A DNA stretch of 64,000 nucleotides from Epiperipatus broadwayi. Its lineage: Eukaryota > Animalia > Onychophora. Each line of letters opens with the position of its first letter. Position 1 is the first letter of the stretch. This document shows positions 62,511 to 64,000 of the stretch, one piece after another. A program made the position numbers and the translations under genes. The stretch lies in NCBI GenBank assembly GCA_028023455.1, contig JAQFVV010000011.1, positions 3,038,001-3,102,000 of the forward strand, written 5' to 3'. Under the pieces are notes generated by a model that worked only from the letters and a program-made list of their open reading frames with translations, was not told the origin of the DNA and ran no database searches.

Positions 62511-63392
62511 TGAGGGGGAGGAGGGCAAAAACAACCGGAATTTGATAATAAAAAATTTATTTTTAAGGGTTATAAATTTATTCTCTTTCAAATTGTTATC
62601 CATTTGATGCAATGCCCAGTCTAAATGTGTTTTTAATTTTTCAAAGTAATCTGGAAATACTTGCAAAGTGATGCTTTTTAATATCTCTGTCACTTTTTCC
62701 CATCACATTTAAGACCACAAAAAAAGAGACTTTTTCAGTCAAGAGATTTAAAAAAATTGCAGAAAGCTAGATCAAGTGAATATGGCTGATAGATGAGCTG
62801 AATCATGCTGAATTTAATTAAAAAGTGTTTCATACTCAAGGCTTTAAGAGGTGACACTTTGTTGGTATGGAAATTGCATTCTTTTTTTTGCCACAAAATA
62901 GAGTGTTTACATTTTAATGCATAATGTAAATGTTTCAAATCTTGCAGATAAAATGCCTAACTGTTATAAATTAAATCTGAAAGAAAAATGTCATTTGCAT
63001 TAAAAAAAAACAGTGTTCTTTTGACTTTGTATTTCACTTGCTCAGATTTTTAAGGATGTAGTAAATTTAACATTTCAATTAAACCATTCATAAAATTAGG
63101 TTTTTATGACATCAGCTTGCTTATAATCTGTTTCAAGCATTACAACTGTTTTCATGCTGTTTTCTACAAATGAAAACAGAATTTCACATTGTTCAAATTT
63201 ATCAGTCATTATAAAACAATTGACACCCTTTATTAAAAAAAAAGTGCTAAATGGCCCCACAATTTTACATGGTGATATCATTTGGCAGATTTATGCAGAA
63301 GTGATTCTGAAAAAAGTATGTAACAGCAGAAGTATATACTACAATAGGCATGCAAACCAGAGAACATTTTCGGTTATTTTTGGGTTACCCCA
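62511..63392 (-). mobile_element. Internally deleted, decayed mariner transposon
   Basis: QPYSLDLAFCNFF (YSPDLAP motif) and N-terminal MTDKFEQCEIL. Degenerate TIRs tgagggggag..aaaaacaaccggaa / ttcggttatttttggg..cccca, flanked by TA. Confidence 0.8.
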
Positions 63393-64000
63393 TAAGTATT
63401 AAGTCTGAAGAAATTGTCATTTTCATGAAAAAGCATAACATCCTTATTTAAATGTATCAGAAAGTTTTGGAACAGAGAAAATGACATTATAGAATTATCA
63501 TGGGAGATTTTGTGCTAGAAGTAATAAGTTTTTAAAAATGCTGTGGATAAATTTGTTTATAAAAGCAGAAATGAAAAGAATTTACAGAAAAATATATATA
63601 TATTATTTCTTTTTTTTTTTTGAGAAAAAATATTAAATGGAATATGAAAAGCCAAATGAAAGTACATCAGAATTGGATTTTTGGCTAACAGAAAACGTGT
63701 ACTTCATAATGAATTGACCTTAATGAATTAAACACAAAAAGGGATTATCAATTAAGTAAGATGTAAAAGATGTTTTAATGCAAAGTTTGAGAGATAAAAA
63801 TTATTAAGAAAGATACTATTAACACTGATAATAGAACTTTCAAAAACACTCTATTGGATTTAAACTTGAATTTACAAAACAACAAAATATTAATAGACTT
63901 TAATAGATTTTCATGATGGCTCAGATTTGATTATATTTAATAGAAAAAAAAAACAACTGATATTCTACTATGGTCAGTTACACAGAATGCAATGATAATT

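Overview
Very AT-rich animal-type (eukaryotic) DNA made almost entirely of transposable-element debris. I could not establish an intact host gene; there are only a few low-confidence candidate exons. Conventional content: a young 4.58-kb hAT DNA transposon (11-bp TIRs, perfect 8-bp TSD, transposase broken only by three homopolymer indels) carrying a nested MITE; decayed L1/Tx1-like, RTE, Ingi/Vingi-like and L2/CR1-like LINE pieces; a deleted mariner; several piggyBac/hAT MITEs; five ~100-nt tRNA-Gly-derived SINEs; and a (CAT)6(AAT)73 microsatellite. The main result is not in the ORF track. The window holds about 22 recognisable type I hammerhead-ribozyme motifs in several sequence families (called A, A', B, D, E, F here), most with a palindromic helix III of the kind that favours double-hammerhead dimers. 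They lie in 0.1-0.9-kb non-coding elements showing terminal redundancy, circular permutation (423-nt and 472-nt monomers) and 5'-to-5' inversions, next to decayed Penelope-like RT/GIY-YIG remnants. This looks like a multi-family retrozyme-like circular-RNA retroelement system mobilised by Penelope-like elements and eroded by CpG deamination. All alignments and folds were done by eye. Ribozyme activity, circular RNAs and family assignments are untested.
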